A stretch of DNA of 64,000 nt. Origin: Calcarisporiella thermophila CBS 279.70. Taxonomy: Eukaryota > Fungi > Calcarisporiellomycota. The stretch covers positions 864,370 through 928,369 of the forward strand of contig NW_027192194.1 of assembly GCF_041956535.1 (NCBI RefSeq), in the 5' to 3' direction. Of the stretch, positions 39,821 through 53,501 are shown piece after piece; positions within the stretch are counted from its first letter, which is position 1, and each line of letters starts with the position of its first letter. The translations under genes and the position numbers were made by a program. Under the pieces are notes generated by a model, which was not told the origin of the DNA, did no database searches, and was given only the letters and a program-made list of their open reading frames with translations.

Positions 39821-40132
39821 GCTCCAAGCTACTTAAAATATAGATTTTTCTTTATATCATCTTAGAATGTCATTACACTAAGTTCTATATGTCTTTGTTT
39901 CAAAGAAGACAAAAAGGTTATAGATAAAAGCATAATTGAACAATTGGGCACATTGGTTAGAATAGTTGGAATGAAGAGCTTGAATCCAAATGTTCAGATT
40001 TTTCAGCATATTTAAATCTATCAGAATTCGCAGAGATCCTTATTGCAGTCACATAGATAGTTACACAAAGTGTAAAGAAGCGTGGGATTTAGCCCGAAAA
40101 CTCTCCTTCACTCTCTCCGCAATTTACCAGAC

Positions 40133-41923
40133 ATGTTAGCGAATCATTACCTCCGTACGTGTCTGCGACTCTCTTACAGTAGACAGCATGTTCGTACCCT
40201 GTATCAGTCCACTACCAAAAACAGTGCATCTGCCGCACCTCTACTCTCTCCGATGCCCCCAGAGTCACCCCCACTAGCGCAAATTCCCACTCGGCTTCGA
40301 GTTATTCAACAAGTAAAGCGCCCTTGGTCTGGGTGGATACCCCTCTCCGTGACGATTCTTCCTGAAAGCAAAACGCGCACCTTTCGATATGAAAATTCCC
40401 AATGTGAGCCGTTATACTCCCGATGGCAACCTCGGAAGATTATTTCTCTTTTTTTACCTAAACACCATAACTCAGTCATACCTCAGTACTGGGGATTTAT
40501 TCGTTGGCAATTTTTGCATAACGTAGCTGGGGCCGCGACTGGAGGTAAGAGGCAGCTCTAACTATTGTTGGCGAATATAAGCACAACTTAATTGACAATT
40601 CCAGAACTTATTTCATTATCCTTTTTTAGTACTTTCGACACAATCATTATTGTACGCGATTGGGCTCGGGGCAGGATCCATTCCTGTAAATTAGGAGAAA
40701 TTATCGAAATTATAGTGGTTTGAATTCTAATGATTTGTTCATTAGCTTGCAGCTGCTTTAAATTGGGTCATCAAAGATGGGCTTGGACAACTCGGAGGAG
40801 TAGTCTATGCATCCTTCATTAATGATCGGTTTGATTCAGAACCGAAACGATACCGATGGCATGCCACCGTCGCAATGCAATGTGCTAGCTTACTTGAGAT
40901 GCTTACTCCGTTATGTCCGGGTGCTTTTCTGCTACTGGCTTCTATATCCAATATTGGTAATTGAAACGGAAAGTCTGAACATTTTGTCTGATAGTTCTTG
41001 CTCAATTATTTGTTCTTTATTCCTGTTTTATAGCCAAAAATATGGCATGGTTAGCAAGCTCCGCGACCCGTGCCCAAATGCACAAATCTTTTATGCTTAG
41101 AGACAAGTAAATCTTTTTCTTTTCAATTGAAAACGCATGCTATATTAATAGATTGGCATCTTCCTCTAGCCTGGGTGATATTACTGCAAAAGCAGGGTCA
41201 CAAAGCACGGCCGCTGGTCTTTTGGGTACCGGCCTTGGCATTTTCATATCTGCTGGAATCACAATGGCCTCATCCCACTTTTTAATCCAAAACGAAACGC
41301 AAACTCTGATCGCGCTTTTCGCTGCGTTCGTTCCGCTTTCAACCTATACCTTATATGCAAACTATAAATCGAGCCTCCACGTTATTACCCCTACTCTCAA
41401 CATTCCCCGCACAGAAATAATTTTCCACAGGGTATTATCACAAATCTTTGACGAGAGGCTTAATAATCCCAAAGAAGTAGCGAGAGCAGTTTTGACACCG
41501 GTCGAGGTTGCGAAGAGAGAATGTTTCGTAAAGCGCTATAAGACCCCCTTCTCCAGGATAGTTAAAATTCAATCCCCTCTAAACGAGGTGCCAAACTCGG
41601 AAGAACTCATCTGCGCTATACGTCAAGAGAATCTCGAGCAAAATGAAAAATATTATTTGCTTTTGTCTAACCAGGCCGTTCGCTTGTGGTTTACGGACGA
41701 TGCGACTTCATTAGATATTATTAAAGGATTCTACCACAGCTGTGTTTTGCGGTTTGCCAAGGAAAAGATAGAAGGTGAAGAGGCCATTGCTGCGCATAGA
41801 TGGGTGAATGAGACTTTTCCTCCATTGATACGCGAGCTGGTCGCTCGAGGATGGGATGTTGAATCGTTATTTTTGATTGAAAACGACCGAGGAAGTCTTA
41901 GGATAGAATCAGATTATAGTTAG
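40133..41923 (+). CDS. RUS1: RUS1/C16orf58 (DUF647) family membrane protein
   Basis: LFLP..SV..QY..WQF, VLSTQSLLYAIGLG, LAAALNWVIKDGLGQLGG, FDSEPKRYR, NLGDITAKAGSQ, TLNIPR. Confidence 0.9.
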
Positions 41924-42638
41924 AGAGGAAAGCCTATGGCAAGCCCTTGCTTCACTTATTCCCTATTAGATTCATCTTATGAGGCTCCCTCTGGGCTACC
42001 AATTGTAATTGCATTTATTTCTTTAAATGTATAGCGACCCAAAATCAACGCCTCTCCGTCAATAGAAGGGATACATTACCCCAAGTCAACCAATAAATAG
42101 AATACTTTAAGTCATATATAAATAACCATGTGATAACTGGGGATATTGTAACGGGCATAAGAAGAAAACTAAGATGAATTCCACGAATGTATTAATGCTG
42201 CATTCACAGTAAAAGCTATCATGCTTCATCGAGCGAATTCCACAGGAGAAAAGTACGACGACATCACCAATCATGATAGATTCCAACAAGGGATATAAAG
42301 TAGAGTGCATCTTAGACCACAGAAAGCTTTAGAGGTATGAAAGAGTACCCTCATGACAGGTAATAGCGCTTAGGTATCTAGATGAAAATATAAGAAATAC
42401 CATATTAAAATTTATTTTCCAGGGAAATAGCTCCCGATTCATAACAAGCTAATGGCATTGATAAAACAGGGAATTATCAAAATGAGAAGACTTGTTTATT
42501 ATATATATAAATTTATATATAAAATAGATTTTAAGGTTAAAATTTTACAAGGGATTAAACTAATTAAAAGCTAGATATTTCTTGAAAAATTGGAATAATC
42601 CTCCATAGGGATTGGCTCGTCTATGCGCGTGGAGACTG

Positions 42639-45600
42639 TCAAAGGTCCATCTTGTGGAAAGATGCACTTTTTGATGTTGAAGATTTAGAAGAATTTGAAG
42701 CGGAGGATTCCTTATTTACCAAGGTCCTCCTAGGGGGGATTACAAACTGAGGACGACTGACTCGTTCCCACTCACACCATCGTTTCATCACCACTGTTTC
42801 CGCCTTCTCCCTGTGATCTACCGGTTCCGATGGATCCTCACAGCTGGTCCGCGAGTCCCTTCGTACATCCCTCACAATTTTCTCGTTCTCGCTAACCATA
42901 CGTGTCTGCCCCCAGGAGAAATCGTCAAAATGCCAAAATGCATATACCGGGAGAATAAAATTCCACACAGGGAGGGAAAGGAGGTAGATGAACATCCACG
43001 CAACATACATGAGTTTACGACTGCTCATGACGATGAGAACTGCAGGAAGTCCCAAAATTGCACCGAGCAACAGTAGTGGGATGACAGGTGGAGGGTAGGT
43101 GAATGCAGAGGCCACAATGAGGTAGAATGTAAAGCAAATTGCGGCAGGCAAAACAACCGTTCCGATCAGCTCGAGGAGCACTACAAATTGCATCGAAAAG
43201 CAGAAGGTGCCGCATAGATCACGTACCATCACAAGCTCAAGAAGGTTGTGCACGGTGCTATTAATCCACCTGCGACGCTGAGAGAGCAGCACGCGAAACG
43301 TATTGGGGACCACAGTCTTACATACAGATTGGGGAACAAAAATCATTTTTCGCCTCGGAAAGGTGCGAAGCATAAGCGTAGTGAGAAAGCGATCCTCTCC
43401 CAGGAGAAGCAGGTTCTTTTTGTGAAGTGTGTCGACGGCATTTTCCGAGTAACTCACGATGATGTCTGGGTTAGCCAGCAGAGGAACCCATTGCCCTTCG
43501 CCCTTGGGCGCCTTCACACGATACATACAGAAGCACCCAGGTAAACAGGTAACACCGCCGAATACGGACTCGAAAGCTTTGTTAAGGTGATGCGAAATGT
43601 AATACTCGAACACCTGTATCATCGTCACCCAACTGTCCATCTTATTTGCAATCCTGGTCTCCCCGCACAATCCCATGACTCGTGGATTTCGCGACATACA
43701 TGCAACCATGTGCGTCAAGCTGTCTGGGTATACTTTGGTGTCAGCATCTACCATTAACACAGCCTCATATTGGTCAGGAGTAACCCCTCCCACTGCCACA
43801 AACGCATTGAAAAGCTCGTACTCAAGAGCCGTCATTCGATCATCGAACATAACTTTCTGCAGGAAATTCATAAGGATGATTTGACTGTCCCGCTTACCAC
43901 GATTGCCTGGTTTATTATCGCTTTGCTCATCTGCCGTTCCGCATTTTGCAATCAATATCATAGGCACCTTTGAACCTCCTCCCTCTTTGATATAATAGCC
44001 CGCAAATACCTTGGCTCGATTATGCCTACGTGTTCCATCCGAAACTGCGACATAAGAGCATGGCTCAACCAAGTCAGGAGAGACGACCAAATCCTGCATC
44101 ATTCCCAACACAATATCAGGGGTAGGCTCATTATTACCGGACCCCGTGATAATTCCGTCTGCGATCACTACGAGCAGTTTCTGCTGATAGTCGGTTGCAG
44201 CGAGAGAGTCAAAAGTGGCACGAAGTCCTTCCCTTCCCTCGGAGTAGCAAGTTACGAGACAAATAGTGTACATGGGGCGAAAGTTAAGATTAGAGATGGT
44301 AGAGCAGCGAGCAGCTTCTGAGGAAAAGAGCTGAATAGATGTTAACTCATCGACCGATAATCCTGGACGAGGAGACCCAAGTAAGACATTATCAGGGCTG
44401 AACGGAGGGGAGGGTAAATTCATTGTATAGTCGAGAGAATACGCGTTTCGGGGGCGCGTGGCTGTGGTGATGGTAGAGCTACGACGTGAAAGAATATGAT
44501 CAGTGGTCGAGAACACACTCAGTGCACTAAGGGAGGCAGCGGGAGGAGAGTCAGCTGTAGATAGCATCGGTGGACGACGTAGGCTATTATAAGGACGAAT
44601 GGGCTCGTAGATTTTTCCTGGAGTGGAATAACGTGATCTTCTTGGTAAAAGGCTCGATCGTCTTCTTTGACTACTCGTAGAGAACAAAAGATATCGAGTT
44701 AGGATTGGTTAAACACGAAGTAAAAATAATATTAGTGAACACATGCTTTTCAAAAGAGCTTTGAGAGCGTTCTAAATTGGGTGAAGCATTGCTCCGCGTG
44801 TCCATTGGCAAATTGAATGTGCTATTTTCCCACATTTCAATGTCCCTTTCCCGCCCGGGACTCTTCCGGATGTTCACCAGTCTCTGGGCTAAGACCCAGC
44901 TGAAGAACAAGGCAAGGAAAAAACGTGCAAACACGACGCCAATAATAAATACTATCGAAACGTACATGATGAAGTCAGAGAGCATACATCCCACTGAGCG
45001 ATTCGCCAACACCCCAATACGCACTATAGATGACATGCAGTTATTGGACTCTCTCCACCATTGCGATCTCCACAAGAAGAGAGTCGCATCGCGGCCGGCA
45101 AAGTTTGAGGCATGTGCGGTAAACTCTGCCAAGTCCGGGTTCACCGAAATATTCGGAAGAAGTCTCTGCAGACGGCTAAAATCCAACACAGCACTAATAG
45201 AAAAATAAAGTTCGTTGAGGGTTCATTCAGGGTGATATCTCGTCAAAAATCTATAGATGTAATACCCGTTATAAATAACCAAGTTCCTGTCCGACTTTAG
45301 AATATCCTCCCACTCATAATATACCTCTCCAAGCAGCTTATATTCGGACAAGGGTCTCGAGTTTCCAGTAGCATGGCATGGATTCTTATCTGGTAAATCT
45401 TGTGCACCGTTTCTGTAGATCGAAAGTTTTGCAACTGCGCAACCAATGTATTCAAGGGCAGTTTGTGAGGTAGCGGCATCCCCAGCACACGTTTCCATAA
45501 TACTGCGGGAAACAGTATCAGCAATGGTGGAGAGTTGTGTTTCGACGGGCTGAGTGATAAGGTCATCGAAACCATAAGCATGACCTTGGGCTATAAAATA

Positions 45601-46528
45601 GGATTCCCCAAGATCTGTAATCCTAATACGTGCAAGTGGCTCCTTGCACATTACTGGCTGTAAACCGAAACTGAGAAAGCCGACACATCCACAGAGCAGG
45701 ATGATAATGATTATCAACGCGATTTTTTCTCTCCAAGCCCGTTGTTCCATCTGGCTACGAACTCCTGTAAAAGTGAAGAAAGTAATTAGAAAAAAGAAAA
45801 GGCGAGCCGGATAGCCGAGCAATCTAGGTACCGAAACATCTTAGAACAGGATCCAAGGCCCAAAATGTTAAGCATGTCGAAAGAAGGTACCACCAGGACG
45901 GACATTCTCTTCTTGATTGATAGGCATTAATTCTTCTCCAACTGTTACTAGAGTTGATGTAAACTCGATTGATCTTTTCATTCCTTTCCGCACGTTGGGA
46001 AACACTCGGTTTTGGCCATACTTTACTCTCTTTAATAGCCTTCTCGGGTGAACAAGTTTGAGTTAAGTGCGGAAAAGTTGTTTCTATGGGGTGTGGGGCT
46101 GGAGCCCTATCATCTACTGTCAGAATTGCATTCACCGTCTCAAACAAGATACTCTGTGGGGTTGGGTAAGTAGGGGCTTGTTCTGAACTCATCTGGACTT
46201 CGATTTCATCCGCTGAGGTATCTGTCTTTTTCTCTGTGATATCGACTTCAGCACCAGTTACGGGCAACACCGGCAAATTAGAATGAGAAGCCTCATGGAC
46301 TGCTATCTCATCCTGAGTTTGAGGGCAAGCTTGACCATCAACTGAATCCGATTGATCCTGGATGTCAAAACGCTCAAGTGCTGACTTCCAAAGCTCTTCG
46401 ATGTCCAGAAAGTTGTGCTCTTGCCTTGAGTTGAGTTCGTATTGGGGTCTCTGAGTTGGAAAAGACCCCCCTGTGTATACCGTGTCGATATTATCTGAAG
46501 TACCCTGTTTTCCATGATGTTGTGGCAT
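42639..46528 (-). CDS. CHS3: Chitin synthase, class IV (Chs3-like)
   Basis: [63 protein letters not shown]; 4 exons; no myosin motor domain. Confidence 0.93.
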
Positions 46529-48244
46529 TATTTCAGACCCAAATCGATATAGCTTGCCGCCCAAACTCTTAGCTTGACGTGGGAACGCCTTGAGGAGTGC
46601 AGGATCTGATATCTCGCAATAGAGCTTTGTATTTTTGCTATGATTGGCAGCTTGTCAACAATGAACACAGTATTGATTTCCAACAGCAAATTTCTCGGAT
46701 TCACAAAGGGGATAGAAATGTTGTTAGCGGCAGTCCTCACTACTACCGAAAAGAGTTGCCCAACAAAGCTCAAGAAATGCTAATGAAAAATAAAAAAGAA
46801 TTTAATCAAATGATCATTCAATGGGGTTGATATTTGAGGTAAGACCAACTGAAATAATAGTATATTTTTAATAATGCAAGCTTTAATTTTAAGTTATGTG
46901 ATAATTTTTAGGGTTCGCATTTTTTTCATTCGACACCCTTACCTTCTCAAAGAACTGTAACTACGCAGCTGCACGGATTCCACAATATACGCGATGGTCT
47001 CGAGAATAATGAAGCCGTGGCGTGCTGAGTCACTCAATCAAGCTGCAGAGGTGTTATTATTAGAGAACACTTTGCTCTAGCCACTTGGAAAAAAAAAAGT
47101 CTTACGCTTATTTAAATACTCTTCGCGAAAAGGTAGCAGCTGGTGAAAGATTGTAGAGCCAAATGGAATCTAAGCTTCCAAGTTTGATTGTAAGTGGCCT
47201 TCTGTGTTGGTTGGAGAAAATGAAGTGAAATTATTAGCAACAGCTTAGCGACAAAGGCTAATTCACAATCTCCATGATATTCTCATTAAGCAAGAATACC
47301 TCAATTCACCAATACTTTAGGTGGCAAGACCTTCTTCAGATGCCAGAGGTTAGACTCAGAGAAATGGGTAGCCAGGTTAAAATAAATAAATGAGCGATAC
47401 CTAGTAATATAAGAACGGAGTAAGGCTGTCAAAGAAGGAGGAATAGCCAAAGCAGAAAGATAAACGAGTTACACTTGTGAAGGTTAATACCGTTTCTCTT
47501 GCATGGTATTGATTGCCAATACGTTGTCGAAGCCACACCCTATTGGCGAGTTTTCGTTTAATAATATTTTTCCGCCCTTAGTGTGGGCAGTTTCCTAATC
47601 GCGGCAAAATTAACTGCTCTGCTTATTCCAGAGAATAATTGCGAGAGCTACCGATTTTTTATTAAAATTTGTCTAAGATTAAATTTTTCTGCATTCATAT
47701 ACCCACATTAGGGTTGCAATTGAAGGCAGAACACAGTATTTCCCCGAGATTGAAACAAAACTTAGGCTTAGGTGTATGTTTTAGAGAATCCTGGCAATAT
47801 AAAGGATTCTTTTAAATATCCTTAGCGATGAAAAACTGGATCTATCTCGTGTCCCTTAGAATCCGGATTTCAAGAGATAAAATAGATTTCTACCAAGGTC
47901 ATACTTTTCGCCATGAATCCATCTACAATTGCGTTAGACGCAATGCGTTTGTATAGAATGGTCGCTGCGGAAGAGCTGACTATCTCACCCAATAGGCGGG
48001 GGTACAGCCTCTTGGCTCGAAGGAATAGGATTACCTCGGATCTTTATTTCCAAGAAAAGTGCTGTCAAAATACATGCTAATTCAAAATTGGTATTATGAG
48101 AAAATAGCACCTAGGGAAAAAGCAAAAAAAAAAAAAATAACTGATGATGAGGTGATTTACTACATTAATGAAGAGAGGAAAAAAAGAGGAAATTACAAAG
48201 CAAATGCAGGAAGAAAATTGCAAGATTTGTTTTCATTAGCACGT

Positions 48245-48790
48245 TCAAAAAGGAAGTTGGACCACTAGGGTTCCAAGCACCAAGATACACCACGTCATTA
48301 GATACCACGGATTTCCTCCCTCTACCACAGATGGAGCATCGCTCGTGCGGTTCGTCCCATTGAGACTTAGGGTGTCGTTATGCCAGTTGGTTGGGAGATA
48401 GTTTTTGTTAATACAATCGGTCACACATTTGTTTTGTACCTCGACATTAGTTTCATTGGCCTGAGTGCAGCGTGCAACACACGCCGTAGTCTGATTGATC
48501 TGATCCTCTGTTGGGCTAGGAACCCCAGCGCTATATTGCGAGAGGGGTGCGTCAAACAAGAGTGCACTCGAATATTGATGGCTACACTTAGTCAACTAAA
48601 CTTACCATTGAGAGACACAATTCAGATCTTGGCCACAGCGATATTGTTCAGCACAGCTATTGACGTTGGTGGGTTTGGCTGTGCTTATCGAGGTGGGGCT
48701 GCTGGAGGAGGAGGAAGGCACTTGCGCATTCCCAGCTATGACCAATAGGGCCAAGAGGCCGATAAATGTAAGGAGAGAAAGGTGCTTCAT
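48245..48790 (-). CDS. Small secreted, probably GPI-anchored Cys-rich protein (paralog of 23033-23866)
   Basis: Signal peptide; SCAEQYRCGQDLNCVSQCAGVPSPTEDQINQTTACVARC..CVTDCINKNY; hydrophobic C-terminus; 2 exons. Confidence 0.82.
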
Positions 48791-49656
48791 GGTGTAGCTT
48801 GATGCGTTAGCTTAAAATATAAAAGACGAAAAGTGCTTTTAGGGGATGAAAAAAAGAGATGTGAAAAAGCGAGCGCAAGCTCTTCAATTGCTTGCATTAT
48901 TAAGTACACCGAATTTCTGTTGTCTGATGGGATGAAAATTAAATACTGACCATATTTGAACATAATTTTCGCGATGAGAGCGTCCGCTTGATTTTCGTGT
49001 AGGTCACTGTGAGCTGCTTTCGTGTTTTATTACGACGCATAGAATTCACATAGCGCTTTCCTCTCTCTCCCCCCACGGAATTTCCACAAAATGGCTCTAC
49101 GCGCATTAAAAGGCCTCTCCGCTTCATTAGCCGAATATTCCATTATACTCCAAAAAAAGAACAATATTAGGCAGACCAAATTCATCACGTTTCCTTTGGG
49201 CTTTCTTGCGGGGAAAAAATAAATGTCCGTGGCAACTGCTCCTGCATGAGAGTAAGACAGTTCGCTCACCTGGAACTACAAGCCACTCAATATTCAAGTT
49301 ATTCTGACAGCGTAATGTCTCCTTGCCCTAACTTCATGGAATAATCTTTGGGTACTAATTTGGAAGGGACGGATTGATTGAAGTTTCAATGTTGGTTTAT
49401 CTTAGTTTTGTTGAACCATTTCATTATTAAATAAGAAAAAAGGAAAAAAGAAATTAAAATTGGAAAAAATAACAAAACAAGAGGCCCGAATATGGAAAAA
49501 TACACTCGAAGGAATATAAGTAAAAATCAAGTAAACAAGAGATATATGTACCAAGTATATTATTAGAAAGAGAGGGGGAAGGAAGCAAGGGTTGCAGGGG
49601 TGGATGATAGAAAATATTAGAAGCATCGGAAAAGAAGGTTAAGCAAACGATGTATT

Positions 49657-50880
49657 CTAGGAATTTCTTTCACTAGACGAGGATTGCCGTCTTGCTGGTT
49701 GGCGGGATGTATTAGGATGGCCGACAAGTGAGAATCGGCATATACAACAAGTGCCCGATGTTTTCAGCCAAGGTAGAACACAGTCTTCGTGAAAAAAGTG
49801 CTTACAAGGGAGTTCAATTATTGAGTCTCCCTCTTGATACTCCTCTTTGCATACAGAGCACTCTTGTCCTTTTTCTGAGAGTAAAAAAAATGAAAGCGAG
49901 GTTTAGTCGAAGGAAGGGAGCTGAAGAGGTAAAAGATAGAGGTGAGGGATGAATAGGAGAATTCATACCAGCCTGCTCTTTTGTTATCTTACTCCTTGGA
50001 AGTCTCTCTATGACATCATCTGAGGCGGGGGGAGGTCTATTGCGGTCTGCCGTTTGCTCCATCAACTGCGTGATGATCGAATCTAACTCTTCTTGACTCC
50101 AGACATAGTCTCTTCGGTTGCCGACGACATTAGCTATATCCACAAGATGTTCGAGGAATCTTTCGAGAGGAAAGAGGCAAAAAAAAACAGGAAAATCAAC
50201 CCTCGAAAATACAAAAGAGAATTAGGAAAGATAAAAGAATTACGTGGTGAAACTGATAAGAGGGGTTCTTCCATCGTCAGTCGACTCGTTAGACGTGTAA
50301 GATTCCGCTCTCGCTAGCCGTCGATCTTCCTCCCCACCTTCCTCTAAAGCTTCTTCCCCTTGTCTATTCTGGTCATCATCCTGTCCCTCAATTATTATGG
50401 ATACGGTGCCTGATGGCTCTTCACTACTCTCCTCGGGTTCCGAGTCTCGTCTCTCTGTCAATGGTCTCAATGCAGCAATCGAGTTTGGTCCAAGTAATTG
50501 CTGTAGCATGTTCTGAATTAACTCGACCATTTCAGCGGGCGTGGGTCCGACCTGTCCCTCTCCCAAGGCTTCTTCACCTTCTCTGGGATTCTCGTCATCC
50601 TCATACTCGGGTTGGGGAACGAAGTTGCGGGGATCATCTGCAGTATCAATCTTTGAAATCGCATCCAATTAAATTATTAGTCGTGATGATCCAATTTCAC
50701 TATAAGCATTGTAATAAAAAGCATCGAAATTCTCTGTACCTGTTCAACAAAATCCGAATAACAGCGAGAACAGCAAATGTTCGGAGTGTGCATAGGTGTG
50801 GTGACGGATTGACAATTGTAGCACCAGTAATCCTCACGTGGCTCTCTCGGAAGATCCGTTTGTGCTTGATCGTCGGACAT
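49657..50880 (-). CDS. RING-H2 E3 ubiquitin ligase with N-terminal zinc ribbon (RNF126/RNF115-like)
   Basis: YWCYNC..CSRCYSDFVEQ; DYVWSQEELDSIITQLME..PPPAS; CSVCKEEY..LPCKHFFHEDCVLPWL..TCCICR. Confidence 0.9.
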
Positions 50881-51444
50881 CCCCCCTTGATGTTGTTGGA
50901 TTTCTTTTGTTGCTAAGATGGGCTGGAAGATAAAGAAGCCAAAGAATGAAAGCCAAGTAAAATACCTAATGGATCGCGACGCTTGAGAAAAATATAAGGG
51001 GACTAATTCTAATCTCACGTGTGGGTTCTGTGACTTATTGTCATAAGAAAGAAAAAACTCGCCACCGAGGTTTCCTAATTGAGTGCTTTAGAAACTGCGC
51101 TTGAATAACCGGGAAAAGAGCGTATCACACATCTCGTCAAGTCCAGTGATTCCAGCATGATATAGGTAAAGGGCAGATCCTGCTTCTGATTTTGTATTTT
51201 AAAAGGAAAAGAAAACAATCTAGCATAGTGGCAACTACATAACCATCTATAAAAATAGGAAAGGCAAAATGATGCAAAGTTTTGGTCTGTTTTCAATACG
51301 CTGGAAAAACTTTGAAACATGGAATAGAGATACCTAGAATGAATATGAACGCCGAATTTCCTAAGAATATAAAAAGAGGAATAGCTCCCTACCTGTTCGA
51401 CCTTCGTATTTTGCTAGTTAGCCTATTATACTACGGCCCATAAA

Positions 51445-51745
51445 ATGAGCGAACAAAAAATACTCACTGATATGAAGCTTATCGAGGGCGATTATGTTTC
51501 GACCATCATTCCAAGCGGATTAAAGCCCGGTGGAGAAGGGACGAGGGTTCGCCATGGTACTGTAAAGGAGATTCGCACGAGTTTTGAAAATGTAGAAGTG
51601 TTGGTGGAGTCGGAAAGAGGCGAGCAGGTAAGTTTAGAGGAGGATAATCATCCGAGTTCTATAGACTAAATGCCTAATAATTTCCACTTGTACGAACTAG
51701 TTTATAGCACGGCCTTCAGAATTAAAAAAAGAAACAGTATCCTAA
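51445..51745 (+). CDS. Small (~75 aa) SH3/Tudor-like beta-barrel protein, 2 exons
   Basis: GDYVST..GG..RHGTVKEI..VLVESERGEQ|FIARPSEL; gtaagt donor and ctag acceptor are in frame. Confidence 0.55.
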
Positions 51746-52458
51746 ATTAATAGAGTAATGGGAACCATCAAAACGGGTGATTAATATATATTCTCTATAT
51801 TATTTCATCTTCACCAAGATATTTATATCTTTTGTTAATTTGTTGGTATAATAAAATCGATTTTTTTTTTTTAAATGGACTGAAAACTTCATATTTCGAA
51901 ATTATATTTTCCTTTTCGTATATCAACTATGTTTCATTGAGATAATTTCAAATTTTTTCAGTATTATTCATCTTCCCCATACGCATAATGACTATACTTT
52001 ACTGACACTACTGACTAACTACCTATAAAATTCCTAAAATTAAAAGCATTGACTTAGTATGTCTGGTTGTAATCTGACCAGAATTGCTATTGCTTTCGAA
52101 TCTTGTAAGAGATTACTAGAGTGAAATACTATGGAATCTCAAAAATTTTGTAAGAAAATAACTGTTGGGTCAACGAAGAGAGCTAAGCTCCGCCCAAGTT
52201 TCGTGACGGGTTCCACACTACACACCATGTTTCTTTGGGTAATAGACATTAAGGACTTCCGGCTTCGGTGATAAGTTGCTAATAACTCTGATGGCACAAG
52301 AGCTATCAAGACATGATAAATATAAAGTTAGAGAGATCATGTTGGACCACGTGCTGGGTCTGTGACTTTTCTTCTAACAGGTTTCCCCAGATTCGCCACC
52401 AAATTTCTCGTTAAAAGACTTTTAACCTGATATCCCTCTCCGCCGAAATATCCTTCTG

Positions 52459-53133
52459 ATGCCATCATTGAGTGATTCAAATATTCCTTTGCCAGACGCG
52501 GAGCTTGAGGTGAGTCTCAATCACTTTAATCTGTATTATGATGGTTTGGACCTCATCAACCACTTCTTTAGGTTTTACGAAAGCAATTTCATAGAGAGGG
52601 TGAAAATGTAACCTTAACTACCAAGTTCAATTTGGCATGGGGCTTAATTAAGTCGCGGAGGTCGAATGATCAAAGGGAGGGGATGGAGCTGATGAGAGGT
52701 TTTTAAATTTTATTAGCAAGTTATTGTGCCTTTGTTTCTCCTGGTGTTTCTCAATTTTCTCTTTGTTTTCGTCACAGATATCTATGATAACGATCCTCAA
52801 CGTCGCCGTGAATGCATTTATTATCTCGCCGTCGGACATTATAAACTGGGGGAATATAGCGAGGCCCGCCATTTCGTTGATGCACTCTTACGTGATGAAC
52901 CACGTAACCCACAGGCCACAGAATTGAAAAAGGCTATTGACGATCGGGTATCGAGAGGTAATTTTCTACTCTTAATTACTATGTCTTTACTCTTTCAATT
53001 CAACTTTTTTATTGATCTCTCCTCCGCCCTCAAATTAGATGGTATTATTGGCCTAGCCATTGTGGGCGGCTTAATAGCGGTTGTAGGGGGTGCTATCGCT
53101 GCTCTGAGGAATAGAGATCGATCGAGGTCCTGA
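52459..53133 (+). CDS. FIS1: Mitochondrial fission protein Fis1
   Basis: ELEVLRKQF..TKFNLAWGLIKS, RRRECIYYLAVGHYKLGEY..EPRNPQA, C-terminal TM followed by a basic tail. Confidence 0.95.
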
Positions 53134-53501
53134 GAAGCGGTTCAGCAATCTTCTACAAAACGTTTCATGAGCACCAGTAGCTGATTAATTGATCAATTTT
53201 ATCAAATCTTTTTTTTCACTGAAATATCCATAATTCAGATGAATTTGATTTTCAGATGAATATAAGCCATGTGGGCCAGATGTTTATAAACAAAGCACTC
53301 AAAAAACCGGGGAAAAAAGTTATTTGAGGTCCAATATTTATTATAATAAAAGCAATAAACAGTTTAGATAAAGTGGGAAATTTTGAAATGTCAAAGCTAC
53401 AATCAAGCAAAGGAGGCTCTCGGAAAAAAAGGAGAAAGAAAATTCAAGATTAAAGATTAGGAGAAAATAAGACCCAGAAAGTAGTGTGGAAAGTAAGAAA
53501 T

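Noticed and set aside
42813-45300. Antisense and alternative-frame ORFs over CHS, and similar ones over MDH, RSP5 and CRM1
   Set aside because: Shadow ORFs expected opposite codon-biased genes; no motifs.
46528-46830. ORFs upstream of chitin synthase, including a TAATG stop-start overlap
   Set aside because: No ATG start in these ORFs' predicted starts; the region looks like a spliced 5'UTR (probable intron ~46783-46942).
46950-48100. Possible gene or element in the CHS upstream region
   Set aside because: Only short ORFs and a small palindrome (attgcgt-tag-acgcaat); nothing supportable.
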